Positions 13,049 to 28,083 of a stretch of DNA of 64,000 bases are shown here, piece by piece. Numbering within the stretch: the first letter of the stretch is position 1; each line of letters begins with the position of its first letter. The DNA lies in the NCBI RefSeq assembly GCF_009914755.1, contig NC_060925.1. One strand, 5' to 3'. The position numbers and the translations under genes are program-made. The stretch comes from the human T2T-CHM13v2.0 reference genome, Homo sapiens. A model generated the notes under the pieces. The model did not search any database and was not told the origin of the DNA. It worked only from the letters and a program-made list of their open reading frames with translations.

Positions 13049-15810
13049 GAATGAATGAATTTTCTGGTTAGTATGTGACTTACCCAGGTAGACCTAGTAT
13101 ATTAACTGTTTATGAACACTATTTTGGCAGAAAATGACCAATACATCCTATCACTTCATCTTTAAGTGCTGCAATATGATAAAAGGAGATGTAGAGGCTT
13201 CCAGTTAATTGCATAGAACTGAATATGCACTCAATTCCTGTTATCCCGGTGATAGTCTCATAGTCAGAGTAGTTGGATAACGTGGAGATTTGACAAGACT
13301 TTTTCTTCTCTCTTTTGACTTGTTTCAGTGTGAAACACCTTCCTGAGTAGGTGTTTTGACTCTTTTCCTGAGTAGGCATTTTGACTCTTCTGTCACAAAC
13401 TTCTCATAGGATACCTGACCCAGGATCCAGAGTATGTGGAAATGGGAGAGAAAGGGTGGTTAGGAGGATCGTAGGAAACTAGCAAGCCAATTGGCCCGTA
13501 TGTTAGACCTTTAATTTTTGCCATATTATTAACAATAAAGTGCTCTCATTTAAATTCTAATAATCTAAGAAGTGCATTATCAATAGATTTTTATAATTTT
13601 ATATTCATGTCTTAAAATTATTATATTACTAATATACTATTAATAGTGTCGACTAGAGTTCTAGTTTAGATATTACTGCAAGGATATATTACCATGTAAT
13701 GCTTAGCTTACTGTACCTCTCCTGCATGTGATGTGTCCATGCATGTACCTGACATTTCTAAAATTTTCAGGAAGAACATCTTGCTATTAGTGCATAGCCA
13801 GTGCTGCTGCCTTAAGATGATCATGTAAATATAATTTAATTGTTTTCAACTTTAATTCTTGTATTGTTTAAGTATATAGTAATGGCTATTTTCGTGAGCA
13901 ACAATTTGTCCCGTAAACTTTGGTATAATTAGATGTTAAGTCCTGTGTGTTGGTTCAAATATGATTCACACTCCTTTGCAAGGGAGATTTATTTTTGTAC
14001 AATCCTTGTACGTTGGCTTGTCATTGATTAGTCGGCAGGGGGAAGCAAGAGGGAGGATCCTGAAAAGTGAATTGGCAATGGATAAAATGAATGTAGCACC
14101 TAAATGGGTCACTATCAAGTGACCCTGAAAAATACAGACCTCAATCAAATATCCAGATAGAAAAAAAGTCATTCAGCTACCTTTTCTTCTCTGAAAATTA
14201 TAAACCTTGTAGTCATTTACAATCAAGTGAATTTCTGCTCATAATTTATAACATGTGAGAGCCTGTGTGTGAACTGTTATTTCAATTCTTTTATAAACTT
14301 CTTTATTCTATAGCTTTACTGACTTTCAGCTTTTTAACGTTATTTAGATTCAACTTGTAATTTCAGTTTATAATTTCATGCATTACTATTCTCTTTACGT
14401 TTTCCTAGCACCGACATGGATTTGTATTCAATGCAGTTCATATTCAATACGGCATAATGTTCTATTCTTAATGCTAAGGGGCACAGAAACAATACAGTGC
14501 ATTTGTTCCTTATCTTCAATACTAATATACCATGATATTATAGGATCATTCCATAAAGACTGTGTGGTAAGGAAGGCAATGCAATTTTTTCTTTTCTGGT
14601 CTATGAAGGACTAAAAACCATTTACATATTATTAAACAGTCAAATATGTCAAGAATACAAAAATTTCATTAAAACATTATATCTAAGTTTATTATAACAT
14701 ATATGTGTGTCATTTTTGCCCTTTTGTCAAAAGCATTCATTCATGAAAAAAGTAATAGCATTCAGGGGATATTTTAGTGAAGGAGGCCATTTGAGGCTGG
14801 TCTAAAAGTTTAGTTTCTATTAGTGGATTTCAGCATTAACCACACTTTATAAAATGAGCAATGGTTGAAGGATTTCTTGAATATGTCACAGGAGTTCATT
14901 CCCATAGCAATGCATTCCCCAACCTGCAGAGCCTTACCATGGTATCCTGGTTAAATTCCAATTTGGATAATTAAATTCTGCCTGCATATCTGACTTCTTA
15001 CAGTCTCTAGCCTTTTTTGCAATCTTCTGTTATTTCCTGTTTTGAATTGATGACTGCTGTGCCCTGTGGAACAGAGGCTGAATAATGGGACAGGAAATCA
15101 TTCAGTCTGCTTCTGTTACAGTTGTGGTCTCTAGCTCTGTTTTTCATTCCATCGCAATATTTGTGAAATAGAATCACTTTTCCTTGTTTCTGGTCTGCTA
15201 GGAAAAATAAACTCCATGAAAAACCTGTACCCATTCGATTTCTCTCAAAATATGCATTTATCTAACTGAAAGTTAAAATATAGCTTTACTTTACAAAATA
15301 TGTATACAGAAAATATAGTGTATTTTTAAAGATATTAGGTGAATTTGCAAAACTGATATTTTTCAAAATATATCTGCAGTATTAACTTCAAGTAGCAGCC
15401 TGTATTTCATAATTTGGATGGGCCCATTCAGATGCCCTGTATAAAGCTCTACCTATAATGTGTACTTAGTAAAGAATATGTACTCTATGTCTTAATGGAA
15501 ATCCAGAAAGGTCATGTGATTAATCTTTGGGGCAGATGTCCATATTTTTCCCAGACAAATTTCACTGGGTCTAGTAGCAGCTCAGTTTCTTCTTCAAACA
15601 TTATTCAGAGAAGAAAGCAATATTTTATTCATATTGATGACCATATACCCTACCTGACCTCTGCCCTTACTTTCTAGGTCCAGAATTTCTTTCAGTCCCC
15701 CTCTGATGAGGTCTGAATTCACGTGGAGTGTGTGGGGGTAATAATACAAACTCTGCTTTTCCTTTCTACACAGGGTAAAATTTTTGTATCTTATTCCAAA
15801 AGAAAAAAAG

Positions 15811-15885
15811 TATTACTTGTTGTACTGAAGGTTATTACTTATTATTACTTGTTGTACTAAAAATTATTACTTGTTGTAGTAAAAG
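15811..15885. repeat. Short degenerate tandem repeat, 3 copies of core TATTACTTGTTGTA(C/G)T
   Basis: Core read directly three times, at about 15811, 15843 and 15865. Confidence 0.8.
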
Positions 15886-16929
15886 TACTCTATAAATAAA
15901 GATGAAGATCCAATGGGTTTAGAGGAAAGTAACATTAACAAAGAAAATATATGAACTTCTTCAGTGTTTAATATTTCACTATAAACATAACTTCTGTGTA
16001 TAGTATTAAAAACGAGTACTTTGAAGTAAAATATTAATTTATCCATGTTAAAGAACTAGAGGTATAAAATTCACTTAGATTTCAGTATATTTCCTAACTA
16101 GGTCCTCTTTATTGAATATGTATGTATGCTAATATACAATTCAATAATATAAGTTATAACATAATATTCTTATTCTTTATTTGAAAAAAAAATTCTCATG
16201 TTTCATCTTATATTAATCAGCCCAAGTTAAAAAATAAAAGCTAAAGATATTTCTTATCTTCAAATTTGAAAATGTTAAACAAAATATAATTTTCTTTCAA
16301 ATGAAGATATATCTGTGTTATTGTAGAGAAAAATATAAATATGCATGTGTGGATATGTGCTTTCTTTCTTCATTTCATTTGAGTGGATAGAAGTATACAT
16401 CCAAATTTTAGCCTCCAGGGAAACATGAAGTCTCTCCTATCTTACTTAGAAGAAATTCTAGTGTGAGTCAAGGAAAAAATTAGTGTTGTTAAGGAGAGAA
16501 TGGTTTCATTATGTGAGTAAAAGTTTTGCATGTTTTGTTTTGTTTTGTTTAAGTAGTGACTGGATGACAGTGTATACTTTCTTCTTGCTTCTTTTTTTCC
16601 TTCAATATATTTAATAAAATAAGTTGAGTCTGCAGACATCACCCAGTTAAGCAGCTTCTTTGCCTTAATAAAATCAACCAAAGGTCAGAATAGGATCCAT
16701 AGGAAAATGTATATCACTGGCTTTCATTTACACCTATAAGTAAAGGATACAAGGACATCGTCAAGAGTCACATCCAATCCTGTGCAATTGATCAGCACAA
16801 AAACAAACAAACAAACAAACAAAAACAACCCAAAACAAAAAAAAAAAAGACTTTTGTTTCTTGAATTCCTGGAATATAGATCTTTCAAAAGAAAACCTCT
16901 AGTTTCAGCATTGCACTGAAAATCCTTCA

Positions 16930-18336
<1,407 letters not shown>

Positions 18337-18410
18337 GCCTGTTTTCTTATATATAAAATTTGGATAACCAAGTCTGACTCACAGTATTGTAGTGATATGA
18401 AAATATTGAT
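18337..18410 (+). mobile_element. MIR core fragment
   Basis: 'gcctgttttcttatatataaaatttggataacc...ctcacagtattgtagtga' resembles the MIR core. Confidence 0.5.
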
Positions 18411-19299
18411 AATATTTATATTTTAATAAAAGTTATATATTATTATTTTAAGTAAATTAACGCTTTAAATTATTTCAGTACATGAATATAGTATTTATCA
18501 ATAGCAACAGTTCTACTTTAAGACTGCATTGATTTTATGTATTTTGTCTGAGTTCCTATTGTATAATAATAAAAACCTTGATAGCTAGGTTTGTTACTTT
18601 CCTTTTGTAACCTGAATATTTATTTTATAGACATATATGACTTGCTAAATATTAGCCCATCAGTAAATGGAAGACTTGAAATAATTTTGCTTCTCAAAGA
18701 AGGGATCACATGGCTATTCCACTAAGAGGTAATTTTGCAGGAATGAGCCATATTTATTTATTGTTTTGAAATAATATTTGAAGCTCTATTAGATGATTAT
18801 GGTTTCATACTTTTTTTCTCTTACATAGAATCACATTTTTCCAGTAAACATGAAACAAATCCAGTATTTTATTGCAAAGAAATTTGTTTTTCCTTTTGAC
18901 AGCTGTGGGACGTCTCTGATTTAATGAAAGCTCTTGTTTACCATTTCTCCCTGCAGCACACATCTGTTGATTCTAGTTCTTTCATCTAGAGATCCTGAAA
19001 AAAAAAACAAAAGAAAAGCCATTTATTCATTCCACAAAAATTGTTGAAGTGCTTCTTATGGTCTTCAAATAGTTACTGCTGCTTTCTGCAGGCACATTTC
19101 TTGAACTAAAGGATAAAACAGTATTACCAAGATTCACAAATGATTCTAAAAAAATATTGGTGATTCTAAGACAGAAGGCATACTTGTGACAAAAGAAAAA
19201 TCCTTAAGAAATAAAATGAAGACCAAACAGAAAAAAGGTTAGTGATACATTCTTTAAATAGTGGCTAATTTTTTTTCTAAGTTCTCAGAGAAGAAACAT

Positions 19300-19445
19300 T
19301 GAATATTGGTCACATAAGTAGAACATCAGTATAACCTCCTGAGATTTTATTGCATCTGTCAAATGATTAAATGAGAAAACCTGTATAAAACATTGAGAAG
19401 ATTATCTGTTATATAGGAAATATTTAAAATACTTTTACTTTTATT
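19300..19445 (+). mobile_element. MIR fragment
   Basis: 'gattaaatgagaaaacctgtataaaacattgag' is similar to the MIR 3' part. Confidence 0.5.
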
Positions 19446-19766
19446 ATATATATATGCATGGTTGAGTTTTATGGTAAAAGGCATCTAGTTCTTATATTAT
19501 CATATGGGTGCAGTGTTTCTCAATAATCCTTTCATCACAACACCACCCTCAGTTTTATAACTTTTCTAATTATTTTTATGGAAGTATTAACATTGACTCA
19601 ATTATACCTGACAGGGTCCATCATCACATCTGTTTCTAGAATGAGGAAAAAAAACACAAAAAACAGAAAGATGCCCCTTTGATAGAATACTACTTTCAGA
19701 GGATTCTATCTGAACATAGGAGATAAAACTAGACCAATCTAGGAAGGATAGCTTGTGGTTATTACA

Positions 19767-19980
19767 GAAACACATGGACACAGGAAGGGGAACATCACAC
19801 ACCAGGGACTGTTGTGGGGTGGGGGGCGGGGGAGGGATAGCATTGGGAGATACACCTAGTGCTAAACGACGAGTTGATGGGTGCAGCACACCAACATGGC
19901 ACATGTATACATATGTAACAAACCTGCACGTTGTGCACATGTACCCTAAAACTTAAAGTAATATAATAATAAAAAAAGAA
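19767..19980 (+). mobile_element. Short L1PA (about L1PA3-5) 3' UTR fragment
   Basis: Near-consensus L1PA 3' UTR with G-tract, 'gtaccctaaaacttaaagta' and A tail. Confidence 0.93.
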
Positions 19981-21247
19981 AATTTGAATTTATTTCCCTA
20001 TAAATAGGATAAGTGGGTAATATTAATAAAATAGTTACTATAGTTAAAAACTATACAAATATATATTTATGTATTATTCACTCTAATGCTTTTATTTTTT
20101 TACATATACTCAGATAGTTAAAAAACACCCTGTGCCTATATCTTTATAGCTAAAAAGTAGTCATCAATATTACTGTTTTCAAAGTATGTATAAACAAATA
20201 AACTTGACTTTTTTTTCCTAAGAAAAAGATATTTACATAGCCTAATTCTTAGGAGAATAGAGTTATATTATAAATAAATAATTTAGTTCTGAGTCTGAAA
20301 AATCAATAGCTAACTTTTTCCTGCTACATATCTGTTCCCTTAGGTCATGAAAGCACTTTTATTTTCCTTTCTAAGCAGGTAAACCAGATAGATATTTTGA
20401 TGTTAGAAAGATTTTTATAAAAATGTTTTCCATGAACTTTATAATCATATGACTTTGGGGGAAGTGCAGATTAACATGTATATATTTATACATTTAACAA
20501 AGCATCACACAGTTAAATTTAAAATAAAAGGAAAATAGATAAATAAAAAAACAATTCATTTGAATTTATTTTGTCTTTAGCAAGTAGCTTTAGTTCTCTA
20601 AATGAAGTTCAAATATTTAGGGTTTAATAGGTTAGTGAACTCACCTATACTAATACATGGTTTGCAACTGTGTACATGTTCATAGGATTATTGGTTAAAA
20701 GTCATAAACAAACTAGGCTGTTTGGCCATGCTCCTCTTCACCCTTATCTACAACCACTATTTTTATTTGAATTCAAGCATAAATACATTTAATTTGGAAG
20801 TTATACTGTATATTTTTTAATTTTGAATTTTTCCTTTTAAGGGACTGTGAAGGTCATTGTGGATTGATTACCTTATTAGACAATAGTTAGTGAAATTGTG
20901 AAACTGCCTTTCTTGATGGGGAATAAGAGGGTTGCAACTCTACATTGAACTTTGCTGAAAGGGACTTCTTTCCTATGTTCTCATTTATGGAAAATAGGTT
21001 AAATCATTTTATTCAGACAGAACAGAATTTCAACATGAATCTCATTATGTCTTAACTATGTAATCAAAGGAAAATTATTTTGAATTTAAGATCGTTATTT
21101 GCAAAATGGGCATAATAATAATTCTGTCAGGATTTATGTGAAAACTACATGAGAAAAGCATCTAAAGTTATTTAGTCTTATGCTTAATATGTATTTAGAA
21201 TTAAAATTGTAAATTTGCTTTTGTGAAATAACCTATTTGTCATAGTC

Positions 21248-21435
21248 TTTTTTAATTTTTTAATTTTTAATGTTTGTGTGTATATGTATTTGTGGGGTAC
21301 ATGTGATGTTTTGAATACAGACATGCAATGTGAAATAATCACATGGAGAGTGGGATATACATCTGCTCAAGCATTTACTCTTTGTGTTACAAACAATTCA
21401 ATTACGCTCTTTTAGTTATCTTAAAATTTACTATT
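21248..21435 (-). mobile_element. L1MA 3' end fragment
   Basis: 'ggggtacatgtgatgttttga...ctcaagcatttactctttgtgttacaaacaattcaattac' is antisense L1MA 3' UTR. Confidence 0.8.
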
Positions 21436-21789
21436 ATGTTATTCTTAGGTATTTGAACCAACTGAGACATTAGATTATTTCTCCCTAGATTATGAACATC
21501 ATTTGAGTAAACAAATAAAAGCAAATAAAATAATTGCTGGAGTTGGCTAAACAACTTTCTTGCCAAAAGTAGTACAAGAAGCATACTTTCATTAGTCATT
21601 AAAACCTTGGTTTCTTATCTTCACTGACCCCTTGTATTATGTATGTATAGTATGTATATATACACACACATACATACATATATATATGTTTATAATGCAC
21701 ATACACACATACGTATATGTATATACTTCATGATATCACTATTTTTCAATACATTAATTTTGTGCTTACTTTTTCAGAGATAGTTTTTA

Positions 21790-22029
21790 GGCTATTATCC
21801 ATGATAATGTACAATAACTAAAATCAAATATGTATTTTAATTTAATTTGTATTTCTCTTTATCAAATTTTTTAGGTTTTATTCAGCTTTTCACTCAAAAC
21901 TGAGGTGATAATATCTGAGTCACACAGATTTTTCCATATTTTCTATAGTTTATACACACATATATAAACATATTATTTCTGTAATATTAATTATGATGAA
22001 GAGACTTAAAAACTATGCATGTAAAATGT
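21790..22029. repeat. Dispersed direct repeat copy A (copy B at 24892-25147)
   Basis: Collinear match from 'ggctattatcca' to 'aactatgcatgtaaaatgt' with scattered substitutions and small indels. Confidence 0.92.
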
Positions 22030-24487
22030 GGTTAATATAGAAATAGTTATAGATAATCAGAAGTCCTGAAAAAATGTAGGTAACATTATAGGCTAGTAAG
22101 AATCACTATGATGTTTTCAGAAAGAAAATACCTTGAAGAGAAAGTAATTTATTATTTTTTGTAGGACAGGCTGGTGTTGCAAAATGATGAATAGGAAATT
22201 ATTCCTTCAGTTAAACTTAGAGTTGATAATAACGAAAGAGAAAGGAAGAGGCAAATTGAAAATCTTTAGGTGCAAAGAAAAAACAAAAAGTATGCTCTAA
22301 GTACCAATAAGGTTAGATATGAAAAGCAGCTATACCTTGAGTATTGCTTATGATTATGATCATATTTATGTCACTTTTAAATATTTTATTTATATTTTCC
22401 ATTAATAGTCAATGGAATATTATATATACAAGCAAAAATCATGTAAACTTCTGTAAATGGTTTCTAAAAATATAATCTTTTACTTCTGCTAGCCAAGATA
22501 CCATAATTACTATCATAATTCATCATATTCCCAAGCTAGTACCAAAATATGTGTCTATTTAATATATACACATACGTGTATATATTTAAACCTGTCATGA
22601 TTAGGAACAAAGATCTATCATACCAAGGAAAGCTGAAATTTATTTGTTAGTTAACAGGCCTTTTAGGCACACAAGCTTCTACATATTATAAAAATTGTTA
22701 TGCTTTTCTCTTACTCAATTCCTATTTCCAACAGTAGCTCATTTTGTTCATATGCACTGTGAAGACGTTTTAATTCTGATTCATACCACCTTTCACATTT
22801 GCTTTCTGTGGGAAAAATACATGTCCTGTCATCATAAATTCTACCCTGCAAACTTTTTTCTTTACTGCAGTCTTCCTATTCAGAACCATGCTACTCATCA
22901 CTTGACAGGATACAAAATGTAATGGTCATAAAAGTAAAGTCTGCTAACTTTCACTCCTGACAATTTGTCAAAAGACACATTAAAAATAATTGGAGAGAAA
23001 CTGCACAGATTTTTAAAATGTATTGAGTCATTTTTCTTCAATGCCTGACTGGTCAGCTTGTAAGATACCATTCTCACCATTATTAAGAAGCCAAGACTAC
23101 TGCTTTAATAAAAAAAAAATATATATATGCACTGTTTTGCACTCATCTTGCTCTTGGGGTTTGCTGCAATAGACTTCTGAATTATCTGGAAAGTCAACAA
23201 GTAAAACAGTCCTTTAGTACATGACTAATTTATGTTTCCAATTTTACCCTTCATTTAAATGTACGTATTTCTCAACTACTAGTAATATCATAAATACCAC
23301 CTGAAGTAGAAATAATAAACCTATAATATGTTTCTTTCTATATTTTCATTAACAGTCTAATGTCTTATTATAATTTTAAATACTTCAACTGTTATATATG
23401 TTCTAAGCTTATTTAATCATAAATCAACATTTTAAAACATATAATAGATAGTTGTGACATTGTTGTATAGCCATATATATCTCATGGGAGCCTGTAAGAT
23501 AAAACAAATGGCATAAACTGATGAACTCTATGGAGAGGTAAGCAATATTCTTTGGAATTTCAAATGAGAAAAGCAAAACTGCATTAGGAAATTGGCAATC
23601 TGGGAATAAAAGATAGGTAGCATAAAAGAGCAGGATGTATGAATTTGAGTTAATGTGCTAGATAAAATCATGGAATCAGAATGATATATTTTCATTTATT
23701 CTTAAAGAATGTTAAGATAGGGATTATTTCTGTATTATAATTATAAACTCAATGACATATTAATTATTGATAATCAACAAGATTTTAAATAACAGAATTA
23801 TTAATGTTCCACAGACTTCCTGTAGCTGTGAAATAGTAAGTATTAAATTATAGCAATAATTACCACAGTCATGTTAACTGTTGCCATACTTATCATGACA
23901 TGTGATTTTTAAAGGTAGGAAGTAGAAAATTCTTTCATAATATTCCAAGAAGCTAGTTGGTTAAGATACTAAAAATTAGCTTCTGAAAACGTGTAATACA
24001 TTTCTGAATGAAGCTATGGAAATATTTTTTAAAAGTTCTTGAGTTTTCACAGATAATTTTGAGAAAAAATATTATGGAGCTTAAAATAAGTCTAATGATA
24101 AGTATCATTAATGAATATATATCTTCATACATAGTGTTAATATTTATGATAAATATAATATAATTCTCTTTTGCCTTTTTTGATGAATCTTTCTCATTGG
24201 ATTCCCTTAGTAAATTAAATCTCCACACTTTAAAAAATGTTTTTTGGCAGGTCAATTTGCTTTTAAAAAACAATTTCTGAAGAAAAAAAACCACATTCTC
24301 AACTGAAATGATTATTAAGTGGATAAAAAGCCTGTATTAAGAAGAAATACAGATAAATATGAAGAAGTTTCCCTTTTATTTTCTGTCTTCAAATTAAAAA
24401 GTTAATTTTATAAAGCAATAAGGAACAAATTCAAAATTCATAGACGCAAGCATCTGTCAGAAAGATTTTTCAGCAAAGTCACTTAAT

Positions 24488-24558
24488 TTTTTTCTTTTAC
24501 ATTTTTTTCAATTTTTAATTTTTTGGGGTACATAGTAGGTGTATATATTTATGGGACA
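24488..24558 (-). mobile_element. Tiny L1MA 3' terminal fragment
   Basis: T tail plus 'gggtacatagtaggtgtatatatttatggg'. Confidence 0.7.
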
Positions 24559-24891
24559 AATGGTCATCTATTAAATGATTGCCTTAATAAGATATTTATC
24601 CGCAAAATAAAAACGCATTATCACATGACAAATGGAACTTACTACCTAGCCTACATCAGACAGGATTATCCGAATTTTCTTGATACTGCACTTCATTTGT
24701 TTGTCAGTATATTAACTATGTATACATGCCTCTATTTTATTTGGTGTACTGCAAACGCCTAAAACTTAGACAAAGAATACATTGAAAGAAGAATTTTAAA
24801 AATGTGTCTACCTAAGAAAAAAATAACATGTTAGAATGTATTTAAGTTCTCCTTGAAAAATACAAGTCTACTACACAATTGACCTACTTTT

Positions 24892-25147
24892 GGCTATTAT
24901 CCACGATCATGTACAATAACTAAAAGGCAATTATTTAATGTATGTATTTTAATTTAATTTATATTTCTCTTATTTTAATCCAATTTTCTAGCTTTTATTC
25001 GGCTTTTCACTCACAAAACTGGGTGATAATATCTGAGTCACATAGATCTTTCCATATTTTGTATAGTTTATACACACATCTATAAACATATTATTTGTGT
25101 AATATTATTTATGATAAAGAGTCTTACAAACTATGCATGTAAAATGT
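24892..25147. repeat. Dispersed direct repeat copy B (copy A at 21790-22029)
   Basis: Same alignment as copy A; this copy is about 16 bp longer. Confidence 0.92.
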
Positions 25148-27075
25148 ATTTACATATTTATCATATCCTTAAATTTTAATTATTTGATTTGATCTAAGAT
25201 TATGTAGCTACAATTCTCTACATAACAATGGTAGATAGGTCAGGAAATGTAAAAAGTAAAATAAATGATCAATGATAGGCATTAGTTAAAATATGTTAGT
25301 TCTATGAGTTATCAGCAACATTTTTGTTTGTCCTTTCTTTTTCTTTCAACAGAAATACTTTTACACTGTAAGATTTTTAAAATTATAATAGGGTTTATTG
25401 AACAGTTTACTTTAAATAACAGGTTTTAAGCTTTTGCTCTTGTATCTCAGAAGTCGAGTTTGTGACATGATATAGCAATATTGCAAAACAGTATCAGCTG
25501 TAATATGACATTTTATAAAAAAACATGTCTTCTATGTTACATAAATAACAGACATGTTTTCTATATATTTTAGATATCTCTTTATGAAATTGTATACATA
25601 TTTGATATTAGCATCTAATGCTGTTTTTCTAATAGCAGTGTTATAAAAAATCAGTCTGAATTTTTTTCATTTTTAGCTTGAGAAATATAATAAAAGTAAA
25701 TCTTATGAAAGTGGGAGAATGGGATGGTTTGATTGAGAAAGTCATATTGGATACATAAATAGAATGAAATATCTTCCTTGAACCCATGGTACATCACAGT
25801 CTCAGTTTTGCTGGTTTGAATTGTCTTTCTGGCACTCATTGATCTCTTGTGCCCATCACTGTGGAGTAATAGTTCCTCAAAGGAATCTCATTCTCAAAGT
25901 TCTCAAAGACAGGAATGGGTAGGTTTTCATCATATATGCCTTCATTACATAACACATTGGAAATTCTATATTAATTATATTTTATCTTTATAGACAACTT
26001 AATATTAAGGTTAATAGTTTTAAAATTTGAATATAATCATTGATTTTTTGCCTTATGTCTCTATTATTAATCTGTAATATTAAACCCAGAAAGTGTTTGT
26101 CATGTACCAAAATAAATAAAATGCAAACTTTAAAATTATAAACTGTTACCTAATATCATATAGATTCTTAATATCGTTTAATGTCCCTGAATGTTAACAT
26201 TTACTTGAAAGATTATTTGATGAAATAATGGACCATATTATATAAAAGTCTACATTTTTTGTTTCCTCAAACCACTATGTCAAAGGGTATATAGTTTAAA
26301 GTTAGAATATACTCACTCATTATGCTTTCATATTCAACAGAATTTTTAAATGTTTTTCCATTTCTTAACAAACATAACGACGGACTTCATCTTATGTGTA
26401 CCTGTTCTCCTAGAACTTAGTACTAGAAAGTACTTCATCTGATTTCTTATAGCTAGATGCATAATTTGGATCAGTTTCATAAGTAACTACATATTACATT
26501 AATCTTCAAAATACTTACAGTTACTTGAGTTATGATGCACATTAAAAGATAGATTTGCCTACAACAGCTTTCCCCTTTGGCATGAATTTAAAAGCCTACA
26601 GAAAAACCATTCATTAGGGAAAAATATATCAATGATAAAGGTAGAGAAAGAAAGTTTAGTCTTAGCACATAACTAAGATGCTCCAGAAGTTCTATATTAT
26701 CTGGCATTTCAAAAATACTTTTGGTAAGCATTCCAATATTAAAATATTCCCTATTAAAGCAAACCATTGTTTACTTGTGTATCAATAAATTGCTTTGCAT
26801 TCCATTATGAAAACTATAGAAAATTGAAAAGGGACACAATAATCTGCAACTCAGTGTATTAATACAACCTTCACTTCTATCTACCTCCCTACTTGAAGTT
26901 CCACACTAATTTCTTACATCATAACTTTGTAAATTTTGTTTCTGTTTACATATTCATTTATTTACAGGGGTTTCTTGAGCATTTCTTACATTGTTATGCT
27001 TTCAGAGTTCTTATATTTGCAAAATGTCTTTATATTGTGTTAGCATTTAAATATATTTTCTCTGGGAATGGGATC

Positions 27076-27144
27076 TGTATTAGTCCGTTTTGACACTGCT
27101 GATAAATACGTACCTGAGGCTGGGCAATTTACAAAAGAAAAGGT
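27076..27144 (-). mobile_element. THE1 (THE1B-like, MaLR) LTR 3' terminal fragment
   Basis: 'tgtattagtccgttttgacactgctgataaa...gggcaatttacaaaagaaaaggt' is the reverse complement of the THE1B LTR end. Confidence 0.9.
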
Positions 27145-27440
27145 GCAAGCCCCAACCTTGGCAGAGGGTGTAAGCACCAAGCCTTTGGAGCTTCCACATG
27201 GTGTTGAACCTGCAAGTGCACAGAAGTCAAGAATTGGGGTTTGGGAACCTCTGCTTAGATTTCAGAAGTTGTATGGAAATGCCTGCATGCGCAGGCAGAA
27301 GTTTGCTTCAGGGGCAGGGCTTTCATGTAGAACCTCTGCTGGGGCAGTGTGGAAGGGAAATGTGGAGTTGGAGTCCACACACAGAGTCCCTAATGGGGCA
27401 CTGCCTAGTGGAGTGTGAGAAGAAGGCCACCATCCTCCAG
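27142..27440 (+). mobile_element. THE1-int (MaLR internal) fragment, opposite orientation to the adjacent LTR piece
   Basis: 'cttccacatggtgttgaacctgcaagtgcacagaagtcaagaattg...ggggcactgcctagtggag...gccaccatcctccag' matches THE1-int sense sequence. Confidence 0.88.
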
Positions 27441-27512
27441 TGTCCTTGCAGTCTCTGGTTCTCCACAGTACCCTGGTCTCCTCTCTCCAGCCCCTTCCTC
27501 CACCTGTCTACT
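27439..27512 (+). repeat. 74-bp exact copy of ERV pol segment 30475-30548
   Basis: Base-for-base identical; the peptide CPCSLWFSTVPWSPLSSPFLHLST appears in both ORF 27198..27533 and ORF 30429..30626. Confidence 0.98.
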
Positions 27513-28061
27513 AATGGATGGAGTTTGTGGTAAAGTCTGTGCCCAGCACATCCTGGAATATGAAAACTTGGGGCACAGATGAAAATCCACTGAAGTGGCA
27601 CATGCCCAGTCCATCCAGGCTGTAACCTCGGGTAACCCCATCTTCCTTATACAGGCATTATAATAAAATTTACATGCAGTTTTGCCTCCTGAATAGGCTT
27701 TTTAATGAATTATGGGTAAAATACATGCGGAGTTTAACTTCAGTTATAAAACCATAAACTGCCAATCAACTGACATTATCCTGTCACTCAAACACAGCCT
27801 AAGCCTCAACTCCTCCCCACCAACCCCATAAAAGCACCTTGTGCTCTGTTAAGGGGAGCTGATTTCACTTCTCAGAAATCAACCCGCTCTCCTGCTGAGA
27901 GTGTATTGCTGTGCTTCAATAAACTTTGCTTTGAGCTTGCATTTTGGTGTTAGTTTGCAATTCTTTGCTCACTGTCACAAGAACTGAGATTGCCGGTCCA
28001 GAGCTCTGGCTCTGTTGATCTCAGTTAAAGGATCCATTGCAACACAGGACTCCTATTAACA
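27511..28061 (+). repeat. ERV 5' LTR, missing its first ~121 bp
   Basis: Aligns to 34211-34754; AATAAA at 27918; ends '...ttaaca' just before the PBS. Confidence 0.92.
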
Positions 28062-28065
28062 TCTT

Positions 28066-28083
28066 TGGGGCCTTGACTCGGAT
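28066..28083 (+). other. Primer-binding site, tRNA-His type
   Basis: TGGGGCCTTGACTCGGAT versus His PBS TGGTGCCGTGACTCGGAT (16/18), 4 nt after the LTR end. Confidence 0.88.

Noticed and set aside
14028-14047. CTCF-like motif GTCGGCAGGGGGAAGC, and a similar one near 30410
   Set aside because: Both lack the conserved C after the G run; unsupported without ChIP data.
16797-16850. (CAAA)n/A-rich run as the tail of an unknown retrocopy
   Set aside because: No recognisable upstream element, poly(A) signal or TSD was found.
18942-19635. Two candidate minus-strand exons (19608-19635 and 18942-18994) with polypyrimidine tract-AG and GT ends
   Set aside because: The donor sites are weak, the joined sequence has stops, and such motifs are frequent by chance in T-rich DNA. 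RNA evidence would be needed; non-coding exons cannot be excluded.
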